A stretch of DNA of 64,000 nt. Source: a virus. Every line of letters begins with the position of its first letter. Position 1 is the stretch's first letter. The position numbers were made by a program, and so were the translations under genes. The stretch covers positions 9,057-73,056 of the IMG/VR virus record IMGVR_UViG_3300005613_000044; one strand, given 5' to 3'. Positions 47,429 to 57,295 of this stretch are shown here, one piece after another. The notes under the pieces were generated by a model. That model searched no databases and was not told where the DNA came from. It saw nothing but the letters and a program-made list of their open reading frames with translations.

Positions 47429-47713
47429 ATGGCAACAACAAGAAGAAAATCTTCTACAACTTCTGAAAGTGGGGCATATATGTCTCAGTATGATCAAGAA
47501 GTAGAACAGAGACTGAAAGTTATTGAGGCAAAACTTGAAGAACTTTCAAAACTGAAAGTTATTGAGTCAAAACTTGAAGAACTTTCAAATCAAAAATCAG
47601 AATCTTCAACTTCAGATACTTCTGAATTAGAAAAAAAGTTTGATGTTTTGATTAAAGCTCTTAAGAAAACCCCTTCCCTAAATATTGGAAAACTTTCAAA
47701 AGGTCTTCTTTGA
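47429..47713 (+). CDS. hypothetical coiled-coil protein
   Basis: SGAYMSQYDQEVEQRL; contains an internal tandem duplication. Confidence 0.65.
   Translation: MATTRRKSSTTSESGAYMSQYDQEVEQRLKVIEAKLEELSKLKVIESKLEELSNQKSESSTSDTSELEKKFDVLIKALKKTPSLNIGKLSKGLL
47512..47589 (+). repeat. 39-bp tandem duplication (2 copies, 1 mismatch)
   Basis: ACTGAAAGTTATTGAG(G/T)CAAAACTTGAAGAACTTTCAAA twice. Confidence 0.9.
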
Positions 47714-47913
47714 ATCTCGGAAAGATTTAAAACCTGCCCTGGTCGGTGAAGGATCCCCTTCAATCCCGAAGTCATGGAGAGACTTTAAAAATCCTGGTGG
47801 AGTCATTATGACCCTATTAATAGTTTCTTGTTTCAATAAAACAAGTGGTGCGGATGGAGATAACACTCCCGCTCAGTTTCTTACTTCTGGTCAAAGAGTA
47901 AGTGGCGTGCATG
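47713..47913 (+). ncRNA. cyanophage structured RNA resembling the manA/wcaG RNA motifs
   Basis: Four hairpin modules each followed by TGGY; lies near tRNAs and upstream of a WcaG-type epimerase. Exact family not verified. Confidence 0.65.
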
Positions 47914-47932
47914 AAAAAACCTAAGTTTATGA

Positions 47933-47961
47933 AGAGGGGTTGTCATAACCCCTCTTTTTTT
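47933..47961 (+). terminator. terminator with an embedded promoter (-35 TTGTCA at 47940, -10 TATAAT at 47963)
   Basis: AGAGGGGTT / AACCCCTCT hairpin with a T tract; 17-bp spacer. Confidence 0.75.
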
Positions 47962-47994
47962 GTATAATACATATTGTGTGAGATTTAAAATTTA

Positions 47995-49053
47995 ATGTCT
48001 GATTATAAAAAGACAGCACTTGTACTTGGTGCTGGTGGTTTTATTGGAAGTCACATGGTGAAGAGACTTCGATCTGAAGGATATTGGGTGAGGGGTGTTG
48101 ATCTTAAGCGTCCTGAGTTTTCTGAAACTGAAGCAAACGAATTCATTCAGGGTGATCTACGTGACGTAGATTTCGTGTCTCGTTGTCTTGAATATAAAGG
48201 TGAAAGAGGAAATTTCTATAATTCAGTTCCTTATCTTTATATTCAACCATTTAATGAAATTTATCAGTTTGCTGCTGATATGGGTGGTGCTGGATTTGTA
48301 TTCACTGGTGAAAATGATGCAGATATTATGCACAACTCTGTTTCTATCAACCTCAATGTTCTTGAACAACAACGTATTTTTAATGATAGATATGGAGTGA
48401 ATAGAACTAAGATCTTCTATTCTGGTTCTGCGTGTATGTATCCAGAACATAATCAACTCGATCCTGATAATCCAGACTGTCGTGAAGGATCAGCATACCC
48501 TGCAAATCCAGATTCTGAATATGGATGGGAAAAACTCTTCAGTGAGAGACTCTATCTTGCATACAATCGCAATCATGGTATCCCTGTTCGTATTGCTAGG
48601 TATCACAACATTTTTGGGCCTGAGGGAACTTGGGAAGGGGGAAGAGAGAAAGCACCTGCAGCAATTTGCAGAAAGATAGCTTCTGTTCCTGATGTTGGTG
48701 GTGCAATTGAGGTTTGGGGAGATGGTGAACAGACTAGATCGTTCCTTTATATTGACGAATGTATTGAAGCTACTAGAAGATTGATGGATTCCGACTTCAT
48801 GGGACCTGTGAATATTGGTTCTGAGGAAATGGTATCTATTAATGAATTAGTTCGTGTTATCTCTAAGGTTTCTGGTAAAATAATTCAGAGAAGGCATAGA
48901 CTTGATGCACCTCTTGGTGTTCGTGGACGTAATTCCAATAATGACTTAATTCGTGAGAAACTTAACTGGGATTATGAGATGACACTTGAAGAAGGAATTG
49001 CTAAAACTTATGAATGGATTAATGAACAGTTAAGAATTAAAATGAAACTATGA
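47995..49053 (+). CDS. NAD-dependent nucleotide-sugar epimerase (GDP-mannose 3,5-epimerase-like)
   Basis: GAGGFIG, AADMGG, YGWEK and GREKAPAA motifs. Confidence 0.9.
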   Translation: MSDYKKTALVLGAGGFIGSHMVKRLRSEGYWVRGVDLKRPEFSETEANEFIQGDLRDVDFVSRCLEYKGERGNFYNSVPYLYIQPFNEIYQFAADMGGAGFVFTGENDADIMHNSVSINLNVLEQQRIFNDRYGVNRTKIFYSGSACMYPEHNQLDPDNPDCREGSAYPANPDSEYGWEKLFSERLYLAYNRNHGIPVRIARYHNIFGPEGTWEGGREKAPAAICRKIASVPDVGGAIEVWGDGEQTRSFLYIDECIEATRRLMDSDFMGPVNIGSEEMVSINELVRVISKVSGKIIQRRHRLDAPLGVRGRNSNNDLIREKLNWDYEMTLEEGIAKTYEWINEQLRIKMKL

Positions 49054-49847
49054 CTATAGGATTTAATTACTTAGGAAAATTGGGACAACTGGGAAACCAG
49101 ATGTTCCAATATGCTTCTACAAAAGGTATTGCATCATATCATGGAGTTCCTTTTATGATTCCTAATCATGATGAAGTTTTGGTTGATGTTTTAGGAAATA
49201 AACTTCATATTGAGTTGTTTAATTGTTTTAAAATCGAACTTCTTAATGAAGGTTTTATAAATGGAGAGGAACTTCGTGAGGAGGGATTTGAAGTAAACCG
49301 TAAATTTTTTAGTTTTGATAAAAGATTTGACTATAATCTGGTTGGATTTTTTCAATCGGAGAAATATTTCAAATATATTAAGGATGAAATTAGAAAAGAT
49401 TTTACATTTAAGGATGATATTGTTGTAGAGTGTTTGGATATTATAGATTCTCATTATGATAATCCTATCGCCTTACATGTTCGAAGAGGAGATTTTTTAA
49501 AGAACTCTGGTAATCATCACAATCTTTCAATCGACTATTATAAAGAGGCTTTAAGTAAGTTTGATTCGAATCGACAAGTCATAGTGTTTACAGATGATCC
49601 TCGATGGGCTATGGAAGAACCATTATTTGATGATAGGTTTATTGTTTCTACTGGAAATAGTTCTTATCATGATCTATATTTGATGTCTCAATGTAATGAT
49701 TTTATTATTGCAAATTCTACTTTTTCTTGGTGGGGTGCTTGGTTGGCAAATAAAGGTAAAGTGATTGCACCATCTAAATGGTTTGGTCCTAACAATTCAC
49801 ACCTGAATACTAAAGATTTATATCCCGATGAGTGGGAAGTTATATGA
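49050..49847 (+). CDS. GT11 alpha-1,2-fucosyltransferase-like
   Basis: GQLGNQMFQYA, HVRRGD and NSTFSWWGAWL motifs. Confidence 0.9.
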   Translation: MTIGFNYLGKLGQLGNQMFQYASTKGIASYHGVPFMIPNHDEVLVDVLGNKLHIELFNCFKIELLNEGFINGEELREEGFEVNRKFFSFDKRFDYNLVGFFQSEKYFKYIKDEIRKDFTFKDDIVVECLDIIDSHYDNPIALHVRRGDFLKNSGNHHNLSIDYYKEALSKFDSNRQVIVFTDDPRWAMEEPLFDDRFIVSTGNSSYHDLYLMSQCNDFIIANSTFSWWGAWLANKGKVIAPSKWFGPNNSHLNTKDLYPDEWEVI

Positions 49848-50545
49848 AAATTTCTATTGCAATTCCAACATGGGAATCTTATGGAAAAGGTTCTGAATTT
49901 CTTGATGATCTTTTGAGAACTATTGAAATACAGACATTCAAAGATTTTGAAGTTTGTATCTCTGATCACAGTAAAGATAATGAAGTTCTCAATAAGATCA
50001 AAGAATTTGAGAATAAATTTGATATTGTCTATTCGAGAAACGAAGAGAACAGAGGAAATGGACCATCTAATACAAATAAATCAATAGAGATGTGTTCTGG
50101 TGATATTATTAAAGTAATGTTCCAAGATGATTTTTTCTATGATGATGAGTCACTAGAAAAGATTCATAATGAATTTGAAAATAGTGATAAAATGTGGTTG
50201 GTGAATGGATGTAACCATACTCAAGATGATGGCCATTCTTTTTACTGGGAAATGTACCCTACTTGGAACAATAAGTTACTTGAGGGTGTAAATACGATCA
50301 GCTCTCCATCTGTTCTATCTTTCAGAAAAGAAGTTGAGAATAGATTTGATGAAACTCTTGTCTACTTTATGGACTGTGAATTTTATTATGGAATGAATGA
50401 TAATTATGGTCAACCAATCTTTTTAAATGATATATTGATATCGAATAGAGTTGGAGATCATCAGATTTCTTCTCAAGTTAATAAACGTAGAGAAGAATAT
50501 GTTTCTAGAGAAACTGAATATTGTATAAAAAAATATAAATTATGA
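49844..50545 (+). CDS. GT2-family glycosyltransferase
   Basis: ISIAIPT, ISDHS and FQDD motifs. Confidence 0.8.
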   Translation: MKISIAIPTWESYGKGSEFLDDLLRTIEIQTFKDFEVCISDHSKDNEVLNKIKEFENKFDIVYSRNEENRGNGPSNTNKSIEMCSGDIIKVMFQDDFFYDDESLEKIHNEFENSDKMWLVNGCNHTQDDGHSFYWEMYPTWNNKLLEGVNTISSPSVLSFRKEVENRFDETLVYFMDCEFYYGMNDNYGQPIFLNDILISNRVGDHQISSQVNKRREEYVSRETEYCIKKYKL

Positions 50546-51216
50546 GAATCGCTGTAGTAACATCTTCTATTGGATCTAATGAATTAATCACCCCATTTTC
50601 TTTTGAGGGAGTTGACTATCATGCATTTGTGGATGATACAAGTAAACCAAATGGGTGGAATGTACATTCTGTAATTCCATTTTCAAGTGATCTAAGATAT
50701 AAAAATCGTAGGAACGCTAAGGTTTATAAAATTCTTCCTTTTGCATTCCTCCCCGAGTATGATTATTTCTTCTGGGTAGATTCTACTCACCGATTAGAAA
50801 CTGATCCCTATGAAGTGGTGAATAAATATTTGAAAGAAACTGATGTTGCAGTATTCAAACACCCCAGTCAGAACTGTGTATATGATGAAGGGAAAGAAGT
50901 CATAAGAATCAATTTCGATCATCAAAACTTGGTAGAAGATCAGCTTTCATTCTATCAGGATATGAAGTACCCGAGAAAGAATGGTTTATATGAATTACCA
51001 GTTAGAATACAGAGAAACACTCCATTGACCCAGAGAATGGGATGGATGTGGTGGGAACAGATATGTATGTTCTCCTCTAGAGATCAAATTAGTTTTCCTT
51101 TTGTTTGCCATCAACTTGGAATTAAACCATCAATTCTTCCAGGAAGAGCAAACACAATCAGAGGTAATGATATTATGCCTCAAATCGTTTATTCAAATCA
51201 TAGTCGTACAACATGA
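50542..51216 (+). CDS. TOD1/MUCI70 (DUF616)-like glycosyltransferase
   Basis: KILP, WVD, FKHP..NCVYDE and RDQISF motifs. Confidence 0.7.
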   Translation: MRIAVVTSSIGSNELITPFSFEGVDYHAFVDDTSKPNGWNVHSVIPFSSDLRYKNRRNAKVYKILPFAFLPEYDYFFWVDSTHRLETDPYEVVNKYLKETDVAVFKHPSQNCVYDEGKEVIRINFDHQNLVEDQLSFYQDMKYPRKNGLYELPVRIQRNTPLTQRMGWMWWEQICMFSSRDQISFPFVCHQLGIKPSILPGRANTIRGNDIMPQIVYSNHSRTT

Positions 51217-51791
51217 ACATTTTAGAACAGATTGCAGCAAAAGCAGAAAGAGGTGACACAGGAATGTCTCTTCACTATGGATTTCTGTATTCATGTGTGA
51301 GAGGTTTGGAGTCTAAACAAGTCTTTGAATTTGGATCAGGATTTTCGACTCATGTAATTCTCCATGCATTAGAAGAGACTGGTGGTGTATTGACAAGTTG
51401 TGATATCACTAATTATAGTGACAATCCAAATGTGACTGAGTATACAAAATCCAGTAATCGATGGAACTTTTATCATGGAAACAGTACGGAGATCTTTGAT
51501 GATATTGAGTTTGAACAGTATGATTTAATTCTTCATGACGGTTCTCATATTGGAGAAGAAGTTTTAGTTGACTTGAATAACATCTATCCTTATCTGAAAC
51601 ATGATGGAATTCTCATCACTCACGATACAAGACATCATTCTCTTGGAGAAGGTATGTCTAAAGCAGTAGAAGAATTTGCTAAAGATAAGGATATTGAGAT
51701 GTGTACTCTTCCCTATGGTTATGGTCTTACATTCTTTAGAAATAAGGGAAACCTTGACAATAAAGTCAACTTGACCTGGAAAAAACGATGA
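51213..51791 (+). CDS. class I SAM-dependent methyltransferase
   Basis: EFGSGFST, DLILHDGSH and G.LITHD motifs. Confidence 0.8.
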   Translation: MNILEQIAAKAERGDTGMSLHYGFLYSCVRGLESKQVFEFGSGFSTHVILHALEETGGVLTSCDITNYSDNPNVTEYTKSSNRWNFYHGNSTEIFDDIEFEQYDLILHDGSHIGEEVLVDLNNIYPYLKHDGILITHDTRHHSLGEGMSKAVEEFAKDKDIEMCTLPYGYGLTFFRNKGNLDNKVNLTWKKR

Positions 51792-52714
51792 AGGTATTAT
51801 TTTGTGAACATCCCAATAAACCATTAAGAGGTGGATATTGTTCTTACTATAGTGAAATCTTTCACGCACTGAAAAGTGAGTTTGATATTGAATTCAAAAA
51901 CTTTATTCCAAGAAAGACTAGTGAGTTTGATGGATATGATGCCGTGTTTCTTGGATTTGGACATACTGATTGTGGGGAAGGTAAACCACAAACTCTTATC
52001 AGAGATAGTGATATTAAGTTATTTCCAATTCTCAATAAAGAATATACAGGATTGAAGAATAAACTTGATTGGATTAAAGAGATGAGAGCAACTGCTACTT
52101 TGAGTGTCCATCATGATGTTGATAAATTCATGTCTCAGACTTCTATTCCATTTCATAGAATTATGTGGTCTGCTAATGAAAAACAGTTCAGAGACTATGG
52201 TGGAGATTACAAACATGATCTATTCTTTTCCGGTGTAACTAGACCTGAACAGTCAGAGAATCTTAGAGAAAGAGTTTTATCTGAATTGGATAGACTCAAT
52301 GGTGAACTTGGAAACTTTATCAATGCAAGGTCACATAAAAACAATTATGTTGGCACTATGTTTACTGATGATGAGTATGCTCGTCACCTTTCCAACTCAA
52401 AACTATGTCTTGTAACTACTGGACCTGCTGATCTTGTTGGTACAAGATTTTTTGAGATCTTTGCTGGTAATAGAAGTCTTGTGATCTGCAATAGAATGAA
52501 TGAAAAAATCTATGGTGATATAATCATTGATGAAGTAAACTGTGTCATGTTCTCTACTGTAGATGAATTTTATGAGAAGGCACAATACTACCTCGACAAT
52601 GAAGATGAGAGAATCAAGATCATCAATCGAGCTTATGAATATTTCAAAGAAAAACAGACCTGGAATGTAAGATCAAAAGAAATCAAAGAAATTATTGAAG
52701 GGTATCTAAAATGA
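51788..52714 (+). CDS. GT-B fold glycosyltransferase (CgeB-like C-terminus)
   Basis: DLFFSG, RFFEI and YYLDNEDERIKIINRAY pattern. Confidence 0.7.
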   Translation: MKVLFCEHPNKPLRGGYCSYYSEIFHALKSEFDIEFKNFIPRKTSEFDGYDAVFLGFGHTDCGEGKPQTLIRDSDIKLFPILNKEYTGLKNKLDWIKEMRATATLSVHHDVDKFMSQTSIPFHRIMWSANEKQFRDYGGDYKHDLFFSGVTRPEQSENLRERVLSELDRLNGELGNFINARSHKNNYVGTMFTDDEYARHLSNSKLCLVTTGPADLVGTRFFEIFAGNRSLVICNRMNEKIYGDIIIDEVNCVMFSTVDEFYEKAQYYLDNEDERIKIINRAYEYFKEKQTWNVRSKEIKEIIEGYLK

Positions 52715-53565
52715 AAAGGGGATGTATATTTTTAATTTCTGCTCGTAAAAACTTACTGAAAGAATGTCTTGAATCTCTTGATAAAAATTATAACTCAAGA
52801 TATAATTACCCAATTCTTATCTTCTATCATGGTGATAGATATGATGATGAACAATACCGAAACACTATAAGGGAAATTAATCCTGATACGGAGTATCGGT
52901 TCCATAGTATAGAAGGGAAGATTCCTGAACACCTTGAAGACAAGGATTTGTTCTGGAACTATCCAAATAACTATGCAAGATCATTTAGTAGACAGAGAGT
53001 TGGTTATCTTCATGCCAATTACTTCTGGAATAACTTCATGAATTACAAAGAGTTGGATGAATTTGACTATCTTCACAGAATTGATGATGACTCTTGGTTT
53101 AAGGAAGAAATACCTTTTAACTTCTTTGATGAGTTAGATAAGAATGATTGTTATTTTGGTACAGGTCTAACCTGGAATCACTTCCATCCCAATCATCTTG
53201 ACACAAGATCCAACCTATTTGACTGGATTAAATATTATGTCAACAAATACAATGTCGATGTTAAAAATGAACAACTTCGACAAAGTTTAGATGGAAAAGT
53301 AGATAATGAAATGTTCCATACACTGAGATGGAACTGTGGAAACTGTAACATCTATAATAGAAAGATGTTTGAAACTCAGGAGTGGAGACAATATCTTCAA
53401 GAGTTTAATGATTTGGCAGGTGGATATAGATATCGATGGGGTGACATTGAAGTCATCGGATTGTTTGCTTATATTCATCTCGATAATCCAATCTTAGATT
53501 TCAAACTAAAAGAAAAAGGAATTTATCAAGGTAAAATTCCTCACGCACAAATGGTATTTTCGTAA
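52711..53565 (+). CDS. GT15 (Kre2/Mnt1-like) mannosyltransferase-like protein
   Basis: YNYPILIF, GYLHANYFW, FDYLHRIDDDS and GGYRYRWGD motifs. Confidence 0.7.
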   Translation: MKRGCIFLISARKNLLKECLESLDKNYNSRYNYPILIFYHGDRYDDEQYRNTIREINPDTEYRFHSIEGKIPEHLEDKDLFWNYPNNYARSFSRQRVGYLHANYFWNNFMNYKELDEFDYLHRIDDDSWFKEEIPFNFFDELDKNDCYFGTGLTWNHFHPNHLDTRSNLFDWIKYYVNKYNVDVKNEQLRQSLDGKVDNEMFHTLRWNCGNCNIYNRKMFETQEWRQYLQEFNDLAGGYRYRWGDIEVIGLFAYIHLDNPILDFKLKEKGIYQGKIPHAQMVFS

Positions 53566-53566
53566 A

Positions 53567-54226
53567 ATGAATGATTTAAAGAAAATCTTTGACAAGTATG
53601 GTACAGATAAATCAACCTTTCATGAGTATTATGGACCATATGATGAAAACTTCTCATATAGAAGGGAACACAAAATCAATCTTTTAGAAATTGGAGTAAG
53701 AGATTGTAAAAGTTTACGATCTTGGAAAGAATATTTTTCAAAGGGTAAGATTTATGGAATGGACATCGATCCATCATGTAAAAGTTATGAATCTGAAGGA
53801 TTTAAGATAGTCATCGGTGATCAAGGAAATGAAAATGACTTGAAAAAATTTGGTGATACGAAATTTGATATCATCATCGATGATGGAAGTCACTTTACCG
53901 AACACATGGTAAGTACTTTTAGATATATGTTCGAACACCATCTCAAATCTGGTGGTGTTTATGTGATTGAAGATCTTGGATGTTCTTACATTAGAGATTT
54001 TCATTCTACAACAAAGACTATGAGTAATTCAAAAGGTCAAAGTCTAAACAAGGATGGCATGATTAATGAACGTCATCATATTACAGATCTTTTTGAAAGT
54101 ATTCATCAAAATATGGACATCCATGATTGGAACAGTCGTTATGGATATAACAAAGATGGTCCAAAAAAACTTCTTTATGATAGGATGGTCAGCTACAGAA
54201 GAATGGTTTTTATTTACAAGTCATGA
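53567..54226 (+). CDS. class I SAM-dependent O-methyltransferase
   Basis: GTDK, LLEIGV, DIIIDDGSH and GGVYVIED motifs. Confidence 0.85.
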   Translation: MNDLKKIFDKYGTDKSTFHEYYGPYDENFSYRREHKINLLEIGVRDCKSLRSWKEYFSKGKIYGMDIDPSCKSYESEGFKIVIGDQGNENDLKKFGDTKFDIIIDDGSHFTEHMVSTFRYMFEHHLKSGGVYVIEDLGCSYIRDFHSTTKTMSNSKGQSLNKDGMINERHHITDLFESIHQNMDIHDWNSRYGYNKDGPKKLLYDRMVSYRRMVFIYKS

Positions 54227-54921
54227 ACGCATACATTACTTACAGTTGTAGTGATTCTTACATTCCTGGAATCGTTGCACTTTATAAATCTCTAAGACAT
54301 TCTGGTAATACAAAAGATCTTATTGTTATGGTGACAGATGATGTCACTGATAAAGGAAAAGAACTTTTAAAAGACTTTGATATTAAGTTCTTTGATGTAG
54401 ATAAGATTCACTACAAGGGCGGTGGTAAAGTATTAAGTCGATATAAAGACAATGCTTGGAAGATGTTTACTAAGTTAAACATCTGGAAACAAACTGATTA
54501 TGAAAAACTTGTCTATCTTGATGCAGATACACTGATTCTCAAAAATATCGATGATTTATTTGAGTATGATGAGTTATCTGCAGTGCATGGTGGATCACAA
54601 ATGTTAGGATACAGTGGTATCGAAGGTGGAATCTTAGTTATTAAACCCAGTGAAGAAACATTTGATAAGCTTATCGAATCACTAGATAGTGATGAGTATG
54701 ACATTAGAATGTCTGATCAATCATTCCTAAATGATTACTTCACAAGACACGGAAAGATAACTCATCTTCCAGAAACTTATAATAGAAGGTGGAAAAAGAG
54801 AAAGGACTTTGACACCTGTCACATTTATCATTTCAATGCAGATAAACCTTGGATATGTCCCGAACGTATTGATCAGAATTCTCTTTCACTTTGGAATTAT
54901 TACTTTAATTTAGAATTATGA
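54223..54921 (+). CDS. GT8 (glycogenin-like) glycosyltransferase
   Basis: FTKLNIW, YLDAD, DQSFLN and HF..KPW motifs. Confidence 0.88.
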   Translation: MNAYITYSCSDSYIPGIVALYKSLRHSGNTKDLIVMVTDDVTDKGKELLKDFDIKFFDVDKIHYKGGGKVLSRYKDNAWKMFTKLNIWKQTDYEKLVYLDADTLILKNIDDLFEYDELSAVHGGSQMLGYSGIEGGILVIKPSEETFDKLIESLDSDEYDIRMSDQSFLNDYFTRHGKITHLPETYNRRWKKRKDFDTCHIYHFNADKPWICPERIDQNSLSLWNYYFNLEL

Positions 54922-55814
54922 AAACTTCTCTTGTAACTGGTGGTGCTGGATTTATTGGATCACATCTTGTAGATAAACTTCTTAGTTTGGGCCACAATGT
55001 GATTGTTATTGATAATGAAAGTTCTGATGGCCATGATGATTATCATTGGAACAATGATGCAGAAAACTATCCTATAGACATTAGGAACTTTCATCAAATC
55101 GTTGACAAATTCAAAGGTGTTGATTATGTATATCACCTTGCTGCAAAAGCAAGTGTTCAAGCATCGGTAGATAATCCTATTCCTACAATGGAAACTCAAG
55201 TGATGGGAACTGTGAATGTTCTTGAAGCTGCACGAGCGAATGGTGTAGAGAAGTTCATCTATTCTTCTACCTCTGCCTGTTATGGAAATAGAAATCCTAT
55301 TCCTAATGTTGAGACTATGAGAGAAGATCCTCTAAACGCCTATGCCATTGGCAAATTATCTGGTGAACAATTGGTCAAATCTTATTATGGATTATATGGT
55401 ATGAAGACTGTTGCTTTCAGGTATACTAATGTTTATGGTGAAAGAGCCCGTCATGTTGGAACTTATGCACCTGCAGTGAGTAAGTTTCTTAAGATGCGTA
55501 AGGAAGGTAATCCTCTTACTATTTTTGGTGATGGGCTTCAACGTCGTGATTTTATTCACGTATCTGATGTTGTAAATGCAAATGCTCTAATTAGTTTTGA
55601 AGAACTTGAAAATTGGGGAGAAGTATATAATATTGGATATGGTAAGAACTGGAGTATCCAAGAGATTGCTGATGCTATCTCTGAGGAACAGATCCATCTT
55701 TCAGGAAGACCTGGAGAGATGAGAGAAACACTTGCCGATATTCGTAAATCAAAATCAGAATTGACATGGAAACCAAAAATTGATATTATAGAATGGATTA
55801 AAACACAGTTGTGA
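54918..55814 (+). CDS. NAD-dependent epimerase/dehydratase (UDP-glucose 4-epimerase-like)
   Basis: TGGAGFIGSHL, YAIGK and GDGLQRRDFIHV motifs. Confidence 0.9.
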   Translation: MKTSLVTGGAGFIGSHLVDKLLSLGHNVIVIDNESSDGHDDYHWNNDAENYPIDIRNFHQIVDKFKGVDYVYHLAAKASVQASVDNPIPTMETQVMGTVNVLEAARANGVEKFIYSSTSACYGNRNPIPNVETMREDPLNAYAIGKLSGEQLVKSYYGLYGMKTVAFRYTNVYGERARHVGTYAPAVSKFLKMRKEGNPLTIFGDGLQRRDFIHVSDVVNANALISFEELENWGEVYNIGYGKNWSIQEIADAISEEQIHLSGRPGEMRETLADIRKSKSELTWKPKIDIIEWIKTQL

Positions 55815-55815
55815 T

Positions 55816-56523
55816 ATGAAAAAAATTACAATTAATCTTTCATTCTATAATCAGAATGATGTACTTATAAAACAAGTTGAAAGTTGGAATTCCTGGTCTC
55901 AAGAAATTAGAGACCAGTTTTCTTTTTGCATAGTTGATGACTGTAGTGAAACTTCTGCATTGGAAATTCTTTCAGAAACCAATCTAGAAAATCTTGACCT
56001 ATCAATTTATAGAGTCAAAGAAGACTTATATTGTAATATTGCCGGTGTTAGAAATCTTTCAGCTCAAGAATGTAAAACAGACTGGATGGTCATTCTTGAT
56101 ATGGATACATTTGTATCTGAAGAATTGGCAACTAATATGTTAAAGTTGTCAACAAGTAGAAAAGGAGAGTGTTTTAAATTTAATAGGAGAGTTCCTGGAT
56201 ATCCCAATCATCCAAAGAATGGGCAACCTCATCCAGCAGTTTGTCTTCTTCGTGTAGATGATTATTGGAATGTAGGTGGATGTGAAGAGGATTTAGTCGG
56301 TCATTATGGATGGACTGATCCAAGTTTTTGGCACAGGTCAATTGGAAAACTTCATGTTTACACATGTAATGAACTATACTTAGATTATGTTCCAGAAGGT
56401 GAAGCTAATATTAACAGAGACAACTCACATAATCATAAATTATTTGAGAGTAAAAAAGAGAATGGTAATTGGTCAACTAATTTTGTAAGATTTGATTGGG
56501 AGAAGATCTATGGATCGAAATAA
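55816..56523 (+). CDS. GT-A fold glycosyltransferase (GT2/GT7-like)
   Basis: IVDDCS, RNL, DMD and GGCEEDLVGHYG motifs. Confidence 0.7.
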   Translation: MKKITINLSFYNQNDVLIKQVESWNSWSQEIRDQFSFCIVDDCSETSALEILSETNLENLDLSIYRVKEDLYCNIAGVRNLSAQECKTDWMVILDMDTFVSEELATNMLKLSTSRKGECFKFNRRVPGYPNHPKNGQPHPAVCLLRVDDYWNVGGCEEDLVGHYGWTDPSFWHRSIGKLHVYTCNELYLDYVPEGEANINRDNSHNHKLFESKKENGNWSTNFVRFDWEKIYGSK

Positions 56524-57295
56524 ATCATTGTATAAATTGGATGGAATTGGTCCTATCTATTATCTGAACCTAGATGGACAACCAGAGAGACGAGAATACA
56601 TGGAAACCCAGTTTGACTACTGGGGGATCAAAAACTATACCAGAGTGTCCTCCTACGATGGTAGAGACGATGATTTGAGCCATATCCTTAAAGGAAGATA
56701 TCCAGAAAATATGAGTGGTGGTGAAATCGGTTGCACTACATCTCATCTTAATGCCATTAAACAGTTTTATGAAACTGGTGAATCTTATGCAATTATGATG
56801 GAAGATGATTGTAGTTTAGATCTTGTAAGGTTCTGGAATTTTACCTGGAAAGATTTTTATTCTCGTATTCCATATGATTGGGATGTTTGTCAGATTGCAA
56901 TTATTTGTACAGGAGATATTCATATCAAGGTACATAAAAGATTTGTCAATGAGTTTTCTACTGCCTGTTATCTAATTACTAGACATCATGCTAAAAAATT
57001 GATTGATCTTCATTGTAGAGGTGACAAATATAAATTGGACAATGGTGTAAGACCACGACCAGTAGCTGATGATTTGATTTATAATTCAGGTAATACATAT
57101 GCACTTCCACTTCTTCTTTATAGAACAGAGTTAGGTTCTAGTATTCATCAGGATCATGTAGAAGTATTTCATAAATCAAACTTCGAAGCTCAAATGAATT
57201 TCTGGCAACAGAGGGGGGCTCAAATGACCATTCAAGAGATGATGGATTATGATCCGTATCTTGGAAGAATTACGGAATCTACGAATAAGAGTTGA
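56510..57295 (+). CDS. GT25 glycosyltransferase
   Basis: YLNLD..PERR, GEIGCTTSH and MEDD motifs. Confidence 0.88.
   Translation: MDRNKSLYKLDGIGPIYYLNLDGQPERREYMETQFDYWGIKNYTRVSSYDGRDDDLSHILKGRYPENMSGGEIGCTTSHLNAIKQFYETGESYAIMMEDDCSLDLVRFWNFTWKDFYSRIPYDWDVCQIAIICTGDIHIKVHKRFVNEFSTACYLITRHHAKKLIDLHCRGDKYKLDNGVRPRPVADDLIYNSGNTYALPLLLYRTELGSSIHQDHVEVFHKSNFEAQMNFWQQRGAQMTIQEMMDYDPYLGRITESTNKS

Noticed and set aside
47713-47913. Repeated modules as a CRISPR mini-array, or the 79-aa ORF 47685..47924 as a gene
   Set aside because: The repeats are degenerate and paired with no unique spacers or cas genes. RNA structure explains the region better than the ORF.
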